Below the pieces are notes generated by a model that was given only the letters and a program-made list of their open reading frames with translations, searched no databases and was not told the origin of the DNA. DNA of 64,000 nucleotides from Podarcis filfolensis (lineage: Eukaryota), in assembly GCA_964270895.1 (NCBI GenBank), contig OZ185436.1; one strand, written 5' to 3'. This document shows positions 48,124 through 60,725 of the stretch, piece by piece. The position numbers and the translations under genes were made by a program. Within the stretch, counting starts at the first letter, position 1, and the number at the start of each line of letters is the position of its first letter.

Positions 48124-48252
48124 GTAAACTCTATGCTGTTGGTGGTTACGATGGAGCATCACGTCAGTGCCTTAGTACTGTAGAACAGTATAATCCAGCT
48201 ACAAATGAGTGGGCATATGTGTCGGATATGAGTACTCGCCGCAGTGGTGCAG
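48124..48252 (+). CDS. KLHL3: KLHL3 exon 12
   Basis: [43 protein letters not shown]; 129 nt. Confidence 0.97.
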
Positions 48253-48785
48253 GTATCTTACCTGCTGTTTTTCCTCCTTGTGTAGTTGTCACAGCTAAAT
48301 CTCTGAACAGTACCTAAGTTTGTTACAAGAGCTCTTGAAAATAGTACCATGTATGTTGCCCCTTTCCTGGCAATGCGTGATAAGACTAATGATACGGTAT
48401 TGTCATACTGTTCTCAAATGCTAGGCCTGTAATTGTAGTATAAGGGCAGGCCTGTGCAGTTTGGGTGCAGGCCAGGTACACTTGCTCCAGGCCTCAGAGG
48501 GCTAAGCTGGCTGTTGGGGCCCACCAGGGACCGGCTACTTTTCTGTTTGTGTTTATAACTTTATTCTAACAAGACTTCTGCCCCAGGTCTTAGGCATTCT
48601 CTGCAAAGGCCTTTATAAGGGTATGAATTGTCTTTCTGCGAGGGATCCCAGTGTTTGGACATGTGAGGAAAACTCCTGCATTGAATATTTAGCTCACTTT
48701 TATGATGGGGTTGTTGAATGAAACAGCCGCTTAGGAGTAACTTATGCTCTGAAGCTCTCAGAGTTGCTGTCCTCTTGTTTTGCAG

Positions 48786-48926
48786 GTGTTGGTGTACTTA
48801 GTGGACAGCTGTATGCTACTGGGGGACATGATGGCCCTTTGGTGAGGAAAAGTGTGGAAGTATATGATCCTGGAACAAATACGTGGAAACAAGTGGCAGA
48901 TATGAATATGTGTAGAAGAAATGCAG
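48786..48926 (+). CDS. KLHL3: KLHL3 exon 13
   Basis: GVGVLSGQLYATGGHDGPLVRKSVEVYDPGTNTWKQVADMNMCRRNA; 141 nt; the RN equivalent to human R528/N529 is conserved. Confidence 0.97.
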
Positions 48927-50012
48927 GTATTCATTTTGTAATTTCCTCCAAGCAACCACAGCACACTTATATATATTGCCCTTCAGGTATAAGCAACCTT
49001 TCAAAGAAGCTTACAGTAATACTGAAACAAAAACATCAATTTTATAAGCTGTATCTTGCTTTTCTAGGTATTTAAAATTAAATCTCCATACTTTATAAGA
49101 CAGGAAGTCCTGAAGGTGTGTGTGTTTCATGCATCTGTGTCTGTAGTGAGTAACAAGGAATATGGAATTTAGCAGAGGGAGTTTATGAATTCCAGAACCT
49201 CTGTTTTCTTTACAAGAACATTTTCCTTGCTCTCGTGACTTCACAGAGAACATTCAAGTATGGAACAGATTTTGTCATCAGAAAGCATAGAAATAAAAGG
49301 GTAATTCATTTATTTCATACAACCTCCAGTGGTCAGAAGGCTGAGCCTTTTATACCCTGCACAGCTCCTAATCCCCTATCCTTGCTGTTCCTGCTGCCCA
49401 GTCCTTGAATTGTGCCCAGTGCTTTAAACAGGGTTGCAAATGGAGCCAATTTGGTTCATTTCTGGGGAAAATTTGGTTACGGTATCTAAAGAGATGTCCA
49501 AATACATAATAAATTCAGGGATGCTTTTTTCCAGATGTCCTCTTGGTGCTATCTCCAAATATCCCTCATGTTATTTTCCTCAAATCCCTTGGATACTGGA
49601 GTGTTCTGGGGAAGAGAAATGGCAACTGCCTGTACGCAGGTGACAGGAAAAACAAAGTAACCCCCTATCCCCACCAAACCCCCTCATTGATGTGAGTTAT
49701 GAAGTGAATGTGATAACATTGAACACATTATGTGCTTATTAACAAAAATGAATGGAATAATGAGTGACTTCTATTTTTTTGCACATTCCTAAATATTATA
49801 AAAATACCTCTCACCTTGCTACAAGAACAGCTTATGAAAATTAATGATATATTATTTCTGAGTACAATCAGAGTGCACAATTTCAGTGTCGATGGTTCAT
49901 ACTTTGGGGCTCCCTGAAGGATCTGGAGTGAATCCAGCCTGAATGCTAGAGTTCCTTCCCCCTCCATGCCACAGCCATGTAAACTTAAAATAACACATTT
50001 TTTCCTCCATAG

Positions 50013-50156
50013 GTGTGTGTTCAGTGAACGGTCTTCTCTATGTGGTTGGGGGAGATGATGGCTCTTGCAATTTGGCATCTGTAGAATACTATAATCCTGT
50101 CACTGATAAATGGACATTATTACCAACAAACATGAGCACTGGAAGAAGTTATGCAG
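50013..50156 (+). CDS. KLHL3: KLHL3 exon 14
   Basis: GVCSVNGLLYVVGGDDGSCNLASVEYYNPVTDKWTLLPTNMSTGRSYA; 144 nt. Confidence 0.97.
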
Positions 50157-50509
50157 GTAAGCAGTACATTGAACCAGGTGGAAGCAGAAGGATGGGCTGG
50201 ATGAATCTGCATTTCTCAAATCTCTGCTGTGATTCTTGGCAGGGTTAGCAACACTTTTTCCTGGTAGAGAAATTTCACTCCTAAAAGGAACCTGGGCGTT
50301 TAACGTGCTACTGCATGGCATGTAGAAATCCAACAGATGGTATTTCCCCATTTCTGATGTTCATCTGGCAAAGATGCATCTGTTTAAATTCTACCTGCTG
50401 TGTGGCCATTACAGGCAAGAGAGTCTCTGGTCAGAAAAGAGTCAGTACCCCAAGTGTATCTTGAGCTTTCTATAAGTCCCAGTACAGGTAAAAGGTTACT
50501 CCAAAAATC

Positions 50510-51194
50510 ATCTGTATGGTGGCCCAGCTACACCCCTATCTGGACAGGAACAGCCTAACTGCTGTTGTGTATGCTCTGGTAACCTCTAGGTTATATTATT
50601 GCAGCATGTTATACATAGGACTGACTCTGAAGATGGTTTGGAAACTTTAACTAGCACAGGATTTGGCGACCACGTTGCTCACAGGGGCATGACAGTTTCA
50701 GCATATTACACCAATTCTGGCCTGACTCCACTGGCTGCCAATTGGTTTCCAGGCCTAGTTTTGCTGAATTTGACCTTTAAAGCCTTAAATGGCACAGTAC
50801 CAAAATACCTCAAGGACTGCCTCTCTCCATATGAACCTCTCAGACTCTAAGATCATCCTCTGAGGCCCTTCTTTGTGTGCCTCCTTCACAAGAGGTCTGG
50901 AGAGTGGCAACAAGAGAACGGGCCTTTTCATCAGTGGCTCCCCATTTGTGGAATGTTCTCCCCAGGGAGGCTCGCCTGATGCCTTCATTATATACCTATA
51001 GGTGGCAGGTAAAAATGTTTCTCTTCAACCGAGCCTTGGGCTGATTGACATACAATGCCCTTTTAAATGTGCTGTGGGAGGGGGGATTATTGGTTTCTTT
51101 TTCTTATTTTTACTATGTATTTTGTGGTTTTGTGTAATTTTATGTTGTGAACCACCCTGAGATCTGCGGATCAAGGGCGGTATATAAATTTAAT
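50510..51194 (+). mobile_element. L2 LINE 3' fragment with deletions in intron 14
   Basis: VAQLHPYLDRNSLTAVVYALVTSRL and HITPILA.LHWLPI...YLKDCLSPYEP motifs, plus a 3' UTR shared with the 12833 copy. Confidence 0.8.
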
Positions 51195-51219
51195 GCATGT
51201 GTACTTTCTTCCCTTGTAG

Positions 51220-51248
51220 GTGTAGCTGTGATCCATAAACCATTGTGA
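51220..51248 (+). CDS. KLHL3: KLHL3 exon 15 coding part (GVAVIHKPL*)
   Basis: cccttgtag|GT GTA GCT GTG ATC CAT AAA CCA TTG TGA; total CDS 1758 nt = 585 aa plus stop. Confidence 0.96.
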
Positions 51249-52514
51249 CACATGTTCAAGTGACTGCAAAGACAAGAAATAATGACCATCTTGCTTGGTG
51301 GGTTTTGGAAGATACTGAAATCTGACTCTTAACTGCCACACTAATATTGCACTCCTAGCATGACAAGTATGTGCTAAGACCATCAACCTCTGCTCAGCAA
51401 TGGGCAGTGCAGCAACGTGAAAAGTCTTGCTGTGAACATGTTCCAGAAATGAGGTGTTGCTTGTTTTTCTTGGTGCAATCTGCTGTTTTATGTACAGCCA
51501 AGACTTGAGTTTGAACTGAATTTCTCAAGAGCAAGGAAATATATCTCTATGGCATGTAACCAGGAGAAAGGGTATTTTGGAATACTTCACTACTGAAGTA
51601 GCATAGACACTATAATATGTTCTATTTACTTACCAAACCTTTTAGACAAATCTACTACTGAGACTGGAATTTTTGAAACAACCCTCGAAAGGAAACCAGA
51701 CCTGAATAAATAAGACTGGGAGCTCTAGCTCATATGGTATATTGCCCCCATCATATGTACATACACTAGTTGACTACTGTAAATGTGTTATTTAGGACAC
51801 TGGATGTGTACATTGTATGAATTTTATCCTAGATGTAGAACTGCAATTTTCAAACCTATTTTGTATATGTGGTCAGATGAGCTAAGCAGTGTCTTTCTCT
51901 AGGGTAAAAGCATACGTGAACTACCGAAAGACTAGTAACCACACTAAAATGTAAGGTTCTAGAGGCGGGCTGCTGGTGGTGGGGAAGGTATTGCTATTTC
52001 AAAATTAATTCTGACCACAGTTGACATTGAAAGGGGTGGGGAGTCATAACATGGTGTCGCCTTGACTATTGCCAACAATTCAGAAAACCCAAACTGCACC
52101 TGCTTTTTAAAGGGCATCTGGGTACCATGGAAGAGTATTTTAAATTCATCAACTATGGTTGTCACCAGATTTCCAGGGTGGTGGTGGGATTCAGTAGTGG
52201 ATTCCAGGGTTACAGCCAGGTTTGGAGAGCTGCATCCAGCCCAGTGACTTGTAGGATGATATTGTACTTGGATGATATTGTCATGAGCAAAGGCTGAGAG
52301 TACCAGGGAAGCCCATCTGAGCAAATGGGACTTCTGAATAACAAACTGGGTGGTCAGCCTTCTATCCAGAATAATAATCTAGTAAATGCTAGCCAAGTTT
52401 AGATTAGAACTTCACCCATCCCTATATACCTCTTGCATTTGGCCAAATACCACAAGTTGCCCAAGATTTAAAAACCTTTAAGTGTCTTAATGCTTCCATC
52501 ATGTAGTTGGTTAA

Positions 52515-52604
52515 GGCTGCAGTGCTGTGCATAATCACCTTGGAGTAAGCTCTGTTGAACTTAGTGGAGCTTACTTTTGAGTAGACATGCATAGGATTGC
52601 ATGG
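52515..52604. mobile_element. PIF/Harbinger-like palindromic MITE
   Basis: TAA|GGCTGCAG...AGGATTGCATGG|TAA; TWA TSD; core gtaag...ttga..t.agtgg.gcttac. Confidence 0.6.
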
Positions 52605-52958
52605 TAATTCTTCCAGCCATTTTTCCTAACTGCTGACCTTTCAAATATTCACTGTTTTCCTTATTACAGCTGTGTACTGAAGTTACTCAAACTTTTAAGC
52701 ATTTAGTCCAAAAGGGAGAGAGAAGTGATTTGGGGGAAATAAGGAAAGCTGGGTCTAGCTAATTGGCTCAACTCAAATCTAAAAACCTCCAAGCTTCTGT
52801 TATGTTCACTGTCATCATCCAACTGAGAATTATTTTGTTCCTAGAAAGTTTGTGTTCTTGTAACTTCCAGCTCTTCTGGGAAAGCAGCCACAAAAGATTA
52901 ACACGGAAGTATATCGTTCCTTTCTCTTCCAACCCCTTACTACGTGCATTTTAAAGGT

Positions 52959-52959
<1 letters not shown>

Positions 52960-52989
<30 letters not shown>
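52960..52989. repeat. (GT)15 microsatellite in the putative 3' UTR
   Basis: Read directly from the sequence. Confidence 0.95.
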
Positions 52990-52991
<2 letters not shown>

Positions 52992-53646
52992 CCCCAAGAG
53001 CACTTAACTTATTTCTTATGTAGATAGACAGCTTTTTTATCACTTGCCAAATATCAAGAGTGAAGTAGAATATATAACTGAACTTGCTTTGAACAAGTGT
53101 TAATAAGGTAAGATTCTATTATTTTTGACAAGGGCTTTCATCCCTTAATTGGATATAAAAACAAAACAATTTCCTTAAAAGAGTCTCAGTGCTACATCTT
53201 ATGATACCTTTTGTACTCTGGCACAGATACTATAGTACAAAATACACCTGAAGAATGCACATACAGGGTGCATAATCGCTCTTCAAAACACAAGTGAGCC
53301 TGGTTGTTGCTTGCTCAACACTTGAGTATTTTAAAAAATGTAGAACATGGCAGTTTCTACATGTGTTTCACGCTTTGTATTTCCGAGAATGCAGCCAGCA
53401 GCCAATGAATTGCTTCCAGGGTTGGGGTAGGAAATCTCTTTTCAGGACCTGTTTATGCATTATTCTTTCTGTGTGGAGGATATTAGTGTGCTACATATAG
53501 CCCCTGGTCTCTCTGTATGAGTTCAGGGCTGCAGCTCTAATGCTTTGCATTGTTTATACTTCTCTAGTGTGGAGAATCTCCATTTTGTTGCTTTGAATGT
53601 CTTGAGAGCACTGTGGATATTCTCCACAGGATAGCAGCAGTCTTTA

Positions 53647-53739
53647 GGGCCCCACAGCCCTATATCTACTTACCTGGGATTAATCTCCATTGAATTCAGT
53701 GGAACTTACTTCTGAATAGACAAGTAAAGGATTGCATTG
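53647..53739. mobile_element. PIF/Harbinger-like palindromic MITE
   Basis: Same core (cttacctggga...attgaattcagtggaacttacttctg..taga...aggattgca). Confidence 0.55.
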
Positions 53740-56700
53740 TTCAATCACAATAGCAGATGTGAATCACTCAATAGGCAGAAGATTATTCCGTCAACCTCCA
53801 CATGAAGAAATGCAATGTGTAAACCACTTAAGGCCATTTAAATAGTATGAAATCTTGCCCTCTCATATTGGTTGAAGAATCATTTAAACACTAAGAGTAC
53901 ACCCTTACCTCATTTGATGAATCAGTTGTCAGACACAGATGCACATGTACTGAACATGAATTGATTTTTCTGTTCCATTTACCGCCAAAACTGTATGCCA
54001 GTCATATATATCCTTTGACAGGCAGTGAATTTTTGAGTTAACCTAATCTATGATTCATTCCGAAATGGCACCTATGTCCATATAACATCTGGAAAAATTA
54101 CAAAAAAACTATGGTGTACTGAGTGTTCATAAATAGTCAGGACCATAAATGGCCTTGCTCTCAGTCACTTACCCACTAGCAAATGGTATATGTCACTTCT
54201 GTGTGTAAACTTGCAGTTAGTGCAAGTCAAGTGACCTCATTTTCCAGCTATGCAATATTATTGCTACATAATAAACCAGCTGCAATAGTCCCTTTAAAGC
54301 GCATTTGAAATATCTCGCATTGTGTGTGCATTTTTAATATTTGTACTTTGCCGATAATCTGAGCCAGATCCTTTCAAAGGTTGCCTTTTTATAGGGCTTG
54401 AAAATAATAGCTTTAGAGCTTGCAAATTTTAATGCAGCTATTTTTGTAAGATAATTCTGAAGAGTTCTTGGATCTCCTTTGATTTTGGTGGCATTATGAT
54501 TAGTGTCTAATCCTTACACCATGGGCCCAGTTCTCATCAGCCATTTGTGTATGGTGTCTTGTATATTTTTGCTTGAAAAAGGGAAAATCCTTTGGCTTCT
54601 CTTGATTTTATGAAAAGGACACTTCTGGACTTCATGTTAATTAACAGTGTATTGTTTCTTCCATGATTAGTAACATTATAAATTGCTGGATTTATAAGAA
54701 AACAATTGAATTTATTTTTTTGAACTTTGAGTACACTTTCTGTACTGTTGGGCTGGACAAACAGTGCACAAAGTATTTGTGTACTAATACTGCTGTATTT
54801 CTCTCTCTCTGTGTGTGTCTTGCTCATACCTGAACATAATGTTCTGAAGCTAAATGTTAAAAGTCAGAATAATGGTAATAGGTTTGGTTGTCCTCTAACT
54901 CCTTTTACAGGTTTTCCTCGGACACTGTTTGGAGATACCCAAAATTCATAAATCTGTTTCTACAAATACTCTTTGATTAAATTGTTGGGCAATCTTTTAT
55001 CCAGAAGCTGGCTTATCAGGTTGTGATGAGATAAGAAGATGACCTTCCATAAGAGTTGTGTGTAGGCCCAAAACCTGGACGCATCCATGCTCTGCATGTG
55101 ACGACAAATGCTTTGCAGACATCCTTTCCCAGAAACTCCAATCACAGAACTCCCACATGCACTTAAATTCTTAAAAAGTAATTTGGCATGACATCAAAGG
55201 GAAACTGCTAGTATGCTTGTGGTACCCCCTCCATCTTTCTCATTTAAATTGCTTTTGTAGCATATCTTCAACCTGTTTTTCAGTCTCAAAAATTAAAGGA
55301 GTTTTCCAGTCAGTCAGCTTTTGGATATAGCCAAAAGCATTATCTTCAGGGGTATTCAGCACTGCACTGTTTCTACAAAATCTGAAATGAAGCTATTTTT
55401 ATTGCCCCAGTCTTTTAGCACTGTTTGAATTTTGTGTGCAAGTTTGCCTGAGTAATTCATTTCAACTGGATCCTATTTTATATTTAACTGTGACTGTGGC
55501 TAGCATTGCACAACTAAGCCACAAAAACTGAAGTTTTACTTTTTGCACTATTTGTACACCAATGACTTAAAATACTCTGTTTTAGGAAGCTTATCAACCG
55601 AGCAGCTATATTTGTCCAAAAGCTTATTAGCTCATTTTCCCTATTAACTCATAGGACAAATAGATAGAATAATACAGTGTAATTAAAGTTGATTCACATT
55701 TGAAGCATCTGGAATGATATGAAATTTTGAATTTTCTTAAATGGCACTATTTAAATATAGCCATTCTGTTACATTGCCATGCCATTCATAGGTTTTATTT
55801 AATAGTAAAAGGGAATAGCCTGTCAACCCTGTAAGAATGGTAGCTTTGCCAAAATGTTCCATTGCTGAAAAATATAGTGGCGACATTTTATATGCAGTGT
55901 GAAACCATGGTTTGGTGTCATGTGTATGAGCAAGCTTAGCTTCAAGATATGTAAATGTATTTCTCTCCTTGTTTGGCATAGTTTCTAAACTGGCTTCCAT
56001 AAACTGACTTCCCAGTCTCAAGACACAGCTTGATCCTGGTTTATGGGCAAACTGTAGCCCTGCTCAGGTGTTATGCCTGAACAGGAAACGTCCACTCATG
56101 TAGGAGATACAAGGTCACATGCTGTCCTGGCCCTTCTTGCTCAGTCTTCAGTCTTCCTGTGTTTATCAGGAAAGGTCTGAAAGGGGCTTTTACCAGCATT
56201 TCCTTGAATACAGATAGAAGCCCCCTGTTGGTTCCTGATCGCACAGAGGTTTCTACTTCTGCTCAAGTCAGCAGTGGTAAAAGGGTTCAGATAAACAGGA
56301 AGATCAGTAGCAGGGAGGGTGGAGAAGATGCACACAGGGACATTGGGGAGTGTGGGGCATGCACAGCCCTGTGTCTCCTACATGGATGATGATACCCTGT
56401 TCAGGGTTGAGCAAGACTTATGTTTGAAGCATATCCCAGTTTGCCATGTTTGGATACTATGACAACTGGAAGCCGGTAAGGGTGAAATCCCATTGGGTGA
56501 TGCTTTTCTGACAGCTGGCTAGCCAGCGCTAGTAAGACTGGTTGGAGATCTTGTCCAAGGCACTTGGTTCTGGCAGGCTTGGTGTTCTGGCACTCCCTCT
56601 ACATACTGGGGCTGACCATGCAAGGGGAAGAGGGACCCTGCAAGCCCCAGGGACGGTTTTGCTCATGCACGCAATACCAAACTACGGTGGAATGAGCTCA

Positions 56701-56898
56701 TTGTTTGATTAATATATTGTGGGCATAAGAATACAGTAAACCTTTTTTCATGAGATCCTAAATTATTTTATTTTCTTGTACAGTAGTGATAATGCTAAGA
56801 AGTTTAATTTGTAAATATATTGTATAAAATATGTTTTAAGGCTAACAGAAGATTGTAACAGCGTTCACCTTGAATGCACAGATTTTTTTTAAAAAAAT

Positions 56899-56904
56899 AA
56901 TAAA
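56899..56904 (+). terminator. Candidate KLHL3 distal polyadenylation signal
   Basis: AATAAA preceded by TGTA motifs and U-rich sequence. Confidence 0.5.
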
Positions 56905-56974
56905 ATAGACTGAGAAAATGTAGCTGTGATCCATATACAAATTAATTCAACATGCTAATATTTCTTAGGTTTTA

Positions 56975-57064
56975 CAGCCCACTCCTGTGCATGCTTACTC
57001 AAAAGCAAGTCCCACATTGTTCATTGGAACTTATTTGAAAGTAAGTGTATGTAGGATTGCAGCC
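56975..57064. mobile_element. PIF/Harbinger-like palindromic MITE
   Basis: TTA|CAGCCCACTCC...AGGATTGCAGCC|TTA. Confidence 0.6.
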
Positions 57065-59944
57065 TTAGTTAAGATCATACTGCACATTACATCCATTGGT
57101 TAGTTCCTTATAATTGCTGGTTACTGCCATGGGACCAACTGGTTTGTGATGCAATTCTGTTTCTTTTCAGAAGCAAAACCTAGAATTTAAACTCCACAAA
57201 AATGTTAACAACAAAAGGTCAAATCTGTTCTCAAGGACATTGAATTTTGGTGGAATAAAGTTGAGCAAATGAAATTGATCTTGTGTTTATTCTGATTCTG
57301 CCAATGTTTTGGAGTTACAGTGAATGGAAACGTAGGACCAAAATAATAGAACTATAGAATTATTAATGATTCACTGTCAATAATCCTAATTATTTTCTGC
57401 ATGTGTACACCAAGAGGTCAAAACCTGCATGTATCTAAGCAGGCAATGGATAGTCACTTGAAAAAAATCCTGAGATTTTTGATGCACTGCTTATCACATG
57501 ATATGGGCAAATTATTTTACTTGGAAAGAAAAATCTGTTGAAGATTTTTGCTGTAGTTGACAATCACAGGCCTGCTGTACCCCTCTTCGTTAAATTTGTG
57601 TCTCGCTTTCCCATCAAATGGTGCTCAGATGGTGAACTGGATGTATGTGGTCACTAATATGAAGTATCACACAAGCTGTATAAAAGTGGTAGCTTGTCAT
57701 GTGAATTGGTTACCAAGATGCATTTTTTCTCAGTACTGTCCTATGGTTCCAATTTTAGTAAGCTAAAATGCTGGTGTGCATGAACCTGTTGTGTACTCCA
57801 CAGCACAACCCAGGTTTTTCCTCCATCCTTAGGCAAAACACAGCTTTCTTTGTAGCTGGAAGACAGACTTGAGCAGATTTATGTAATTCCAGAGATGAGG
57901 AATTGGCCATTGTGTGTTTCTCTTTCATAAAAGGATTTGCTGCAGCCTGAAATCTGAAAAGCCAACTTTCGTTGGCCCTGGACAGGGATGATGGCATAGC
58001 AGTATCATCCTTGCAGTCTAGTAACATCTGAAGGGCGAAAGGTCCTGCACCTCTGTGTTAGACAAATATCCAGGGTGGATATAAATCACACAATACTTGG
58101 ATCCTTTGTGAGTTTATTTGGAAGCAATTCCTTCTGTGTTTAATGGGCTGACTTCCCAGTAAACCTGTTTTAGTTAGGGCTGCAGGTCAACTAAGCTGCA
58201 AGTGACTTTACTTAAGTTTCCCTAATGTGAAAATGCCACCACCTACAGTTCAATCCTGGGCATGTTTACTTGGCTGTATCCCCACCCCATCCCCAATTCA
58301 GGAGAAGGCCCATTTTTGGAATGCTAAAGCATGGTGTACTGTTGCATCCTAATGCAGCCTCTTTCTCTTTCAGTGATGAAAATAGTTCTGTGCCCCACTA
58401 ATCCTGGGACTGGCAGGGGAATGGACAATATGAGCTTTGCTGTCCCAATGATTTATTGTTGCTGGGTTAGGACTTAGCAGGATGGGCGTAGGATTCTGTC
58501 ACAAAGTTGGGATTTTTTTTAAGGGAATGTAGAGAATTACAAAAGACTGGTATTATTTTCCAGAAAACATTCTCTTCCATGTGGAGGAGGATCTGATTCT
58601 TTCCCATATGTTTTAGAGGCTACTGCTCCACTCCTTTAGCAACATCATTATGTCTGAAGGGGATGGAAGGGAAGTATCACACATTTTGAAAAAAAATGCA
58701 ATTCTTGTATCAAGTTCTTCTATGCATCACTGATACTGAAATTCCCACAGGAACATTAGACCTAAAATGCTGTAGGTTATAAACATAACATTTTTGATGT
58801 CTACCACAATGTCCCACATTCTATCAAGACATTTATAAGGTGCAGATTTAATGGTTTTACCACTACTCAAACTCTGTCCTCTTCTCCTTGGTTGCTTTTT
58901 TTACCATCTAGTCTTGGAAACTTTGGATGCTATTTTGTGACATTTTGGTTGGCCTAATAAAGGTAATACGGATTTTGGATTTTTTCCCTATCAGCCCACC
59001 TTTGCTTTTTGATTGACTTTCCTATCACTTATAGTACAGAGTGGCAGATAAGTTGCTTGATATATTTTTTGTGCACATCTGAACAAACGAGGTGCTGCAC
59101 AGTGCAGTTCCTAAAGTATTCTCCCTTGATTTCTCCCCCGTGTCACTTCAGGTACTTTTTTACATCTGTGTATTTGTGTCTAATTAATTTTCTGGTTTTG
59201 AGGGCATGTAGCAATTAGAACCAACAGCTGATAAATGAATGCTCCAGATCCCTCAATTAGAAAGCAATCAGTCTAAAATTCCAAGGGTATAGCATCTCCA
59301 GTGAGAATCCTTTCATTTTCTTGTATATAAGTGGCAGTTGGAAAAAATGGGTGCTAAAATAATGATGAAAGCCTTTGGCCTTAGAAAGTGCCATCTAAAA
59401 TCAGACACTGGAGGTCACTGTAGCCCAAAGAAGAATAATGTGTAGAGCAGCTGCTGTAACTAAATTTCTCCTTCTCAAAATACCTTTCTAATCGTTGCAC
59501 AAATTTGAATCTTTCTCCTAATTGTGGGTTAGCATAATAATAGTGGTGTGTACTAGAATTATCATGTTCAAGTAGACTATTTTTTTTTGCTATGTTTTCC
59601 CCAGTTGGGTGTTAACGCCACATAGTTAACTTAAAGCATGAATTATATGAGAAGCACTTAGTAGAGTTGCACAGATATATGTACAATACCAGTTTATTAC
59701 CTACACTTCCCATAGGCTAAGTTGGGACCAAAGTCCATTTCATTCCTTGACTGGAGACCAAGATGTTAAAAATAATGGATGCCTACTATTGTCAGACTAA
59801 GTCATCACCATAGCAGATGGTGCACTTCATTGTGGTTGCCCTATGCATAATGATAAAACTATTAATAGTAATATCAACACACATATAACCTTTGTAACCA
59901 TCTTTCCTGTAAAACCTATAAAGAGTGGAGTTTATACCACAGTA

Positions 59945-60480
59945 TACCACCAAGAGGAGAATGCCAGATGAGGTTAAAGGCCCACCCAGTCCCGAATCCA
60001 GTTCTCACCAGATGCCAAACGGCTCTGCTCACCTGTGATTATCAGCAGCTGGTATTCAGAAGCATATTGGCCCTACAGTGGGGGCAGAATCAAGCCATTC
60101 TGGTTAGTAGCCATTGACTGCCGTATCCATAAATTTGTCCAGTCCCCTTAAAGGTGTCCAAATTGCATTCGCTGCCTCCTGTGGGAGCAGTTTCCATAGT
60201 TTAACTATGTGCTGTGTGAAGAAGTACTTTATTTTTATTTTTCCCAAATCTTCCAGCATTCAGCTTCACTGGATGTTCACAAGTTCCAGTGTTGTGAGAA
60301 AGGGAGAGAGAAAGAAATACTCTCCACTTTCTCCAGCCCATGCAGAATTTTATAAACTATTGTGTCACCTCTTACTTGCCTTTTCTCTAAACTAAAAAGT
60401 CCCTTGGTTATTTTGGCTGCCCGTTTCTGAACATTTTCTAATTCTACAATATTCTTTATCAGGTGAGCTGACCAGAACTG
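59945..60480 (-). mobile_element. CR1 LINE 3' fragment
   Basis: tagtagccattga...gcagtttccatagtttaactatgtgctgtgtgaagaagtactt...ctttctcca.cccatgcagaattttataaac resembles reverse CR1 ORF2/UTR. Confidence 0.7.
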
Positions 60481-60599
60481 TAATTATCCCTGGCATGCTA
60501 CTTGTCTTTTTTTGTAGCTGCCATGGCAGCTGAGGGAGCCGAGTTGCCGCTTGGTACTCTTCCTCACCACAATCCCTGTTTTTTAAAAAAACAGTTGCT

Positions 60600-60725
60600 G
60601 GGAATCACAGATCAGGAGAATGCTGTTTTTTGCTTGCGGGGTTCTTGTTGGCATCTGGTTGGCAATTGTGAGAACAGGATGCTGGGCTCGATGGGCCACT
60701 GGCCTGATCCAGCAGGGCTCTTTTT
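60600..60725 (+). mobile_element. CR1 LINE 3' end
   Basis: gtgagaacaggatgctgggctcgatgggccactggcctgatccagcagggctctt. Confidence 0.7.

Larger units (their letters stand above)
51249..56925 (+). other. KLHL3: Probable KLHL3 3' UTR (~5.6 kb)
   Basis: Ends in an AU-rich block with TGTA motifs and AATAAA at 56899-56904; earlier AATAAA sites exist (~51706, ~54270), so the true end is inferred. Confidence 0.5.

Noticed and set aside
43089-51219. miR-874, which lies in a human KLHL3 intron
   Set aside because: I could not see the mature sequence or its hairpin; the miRNA is regarded as mammalian.
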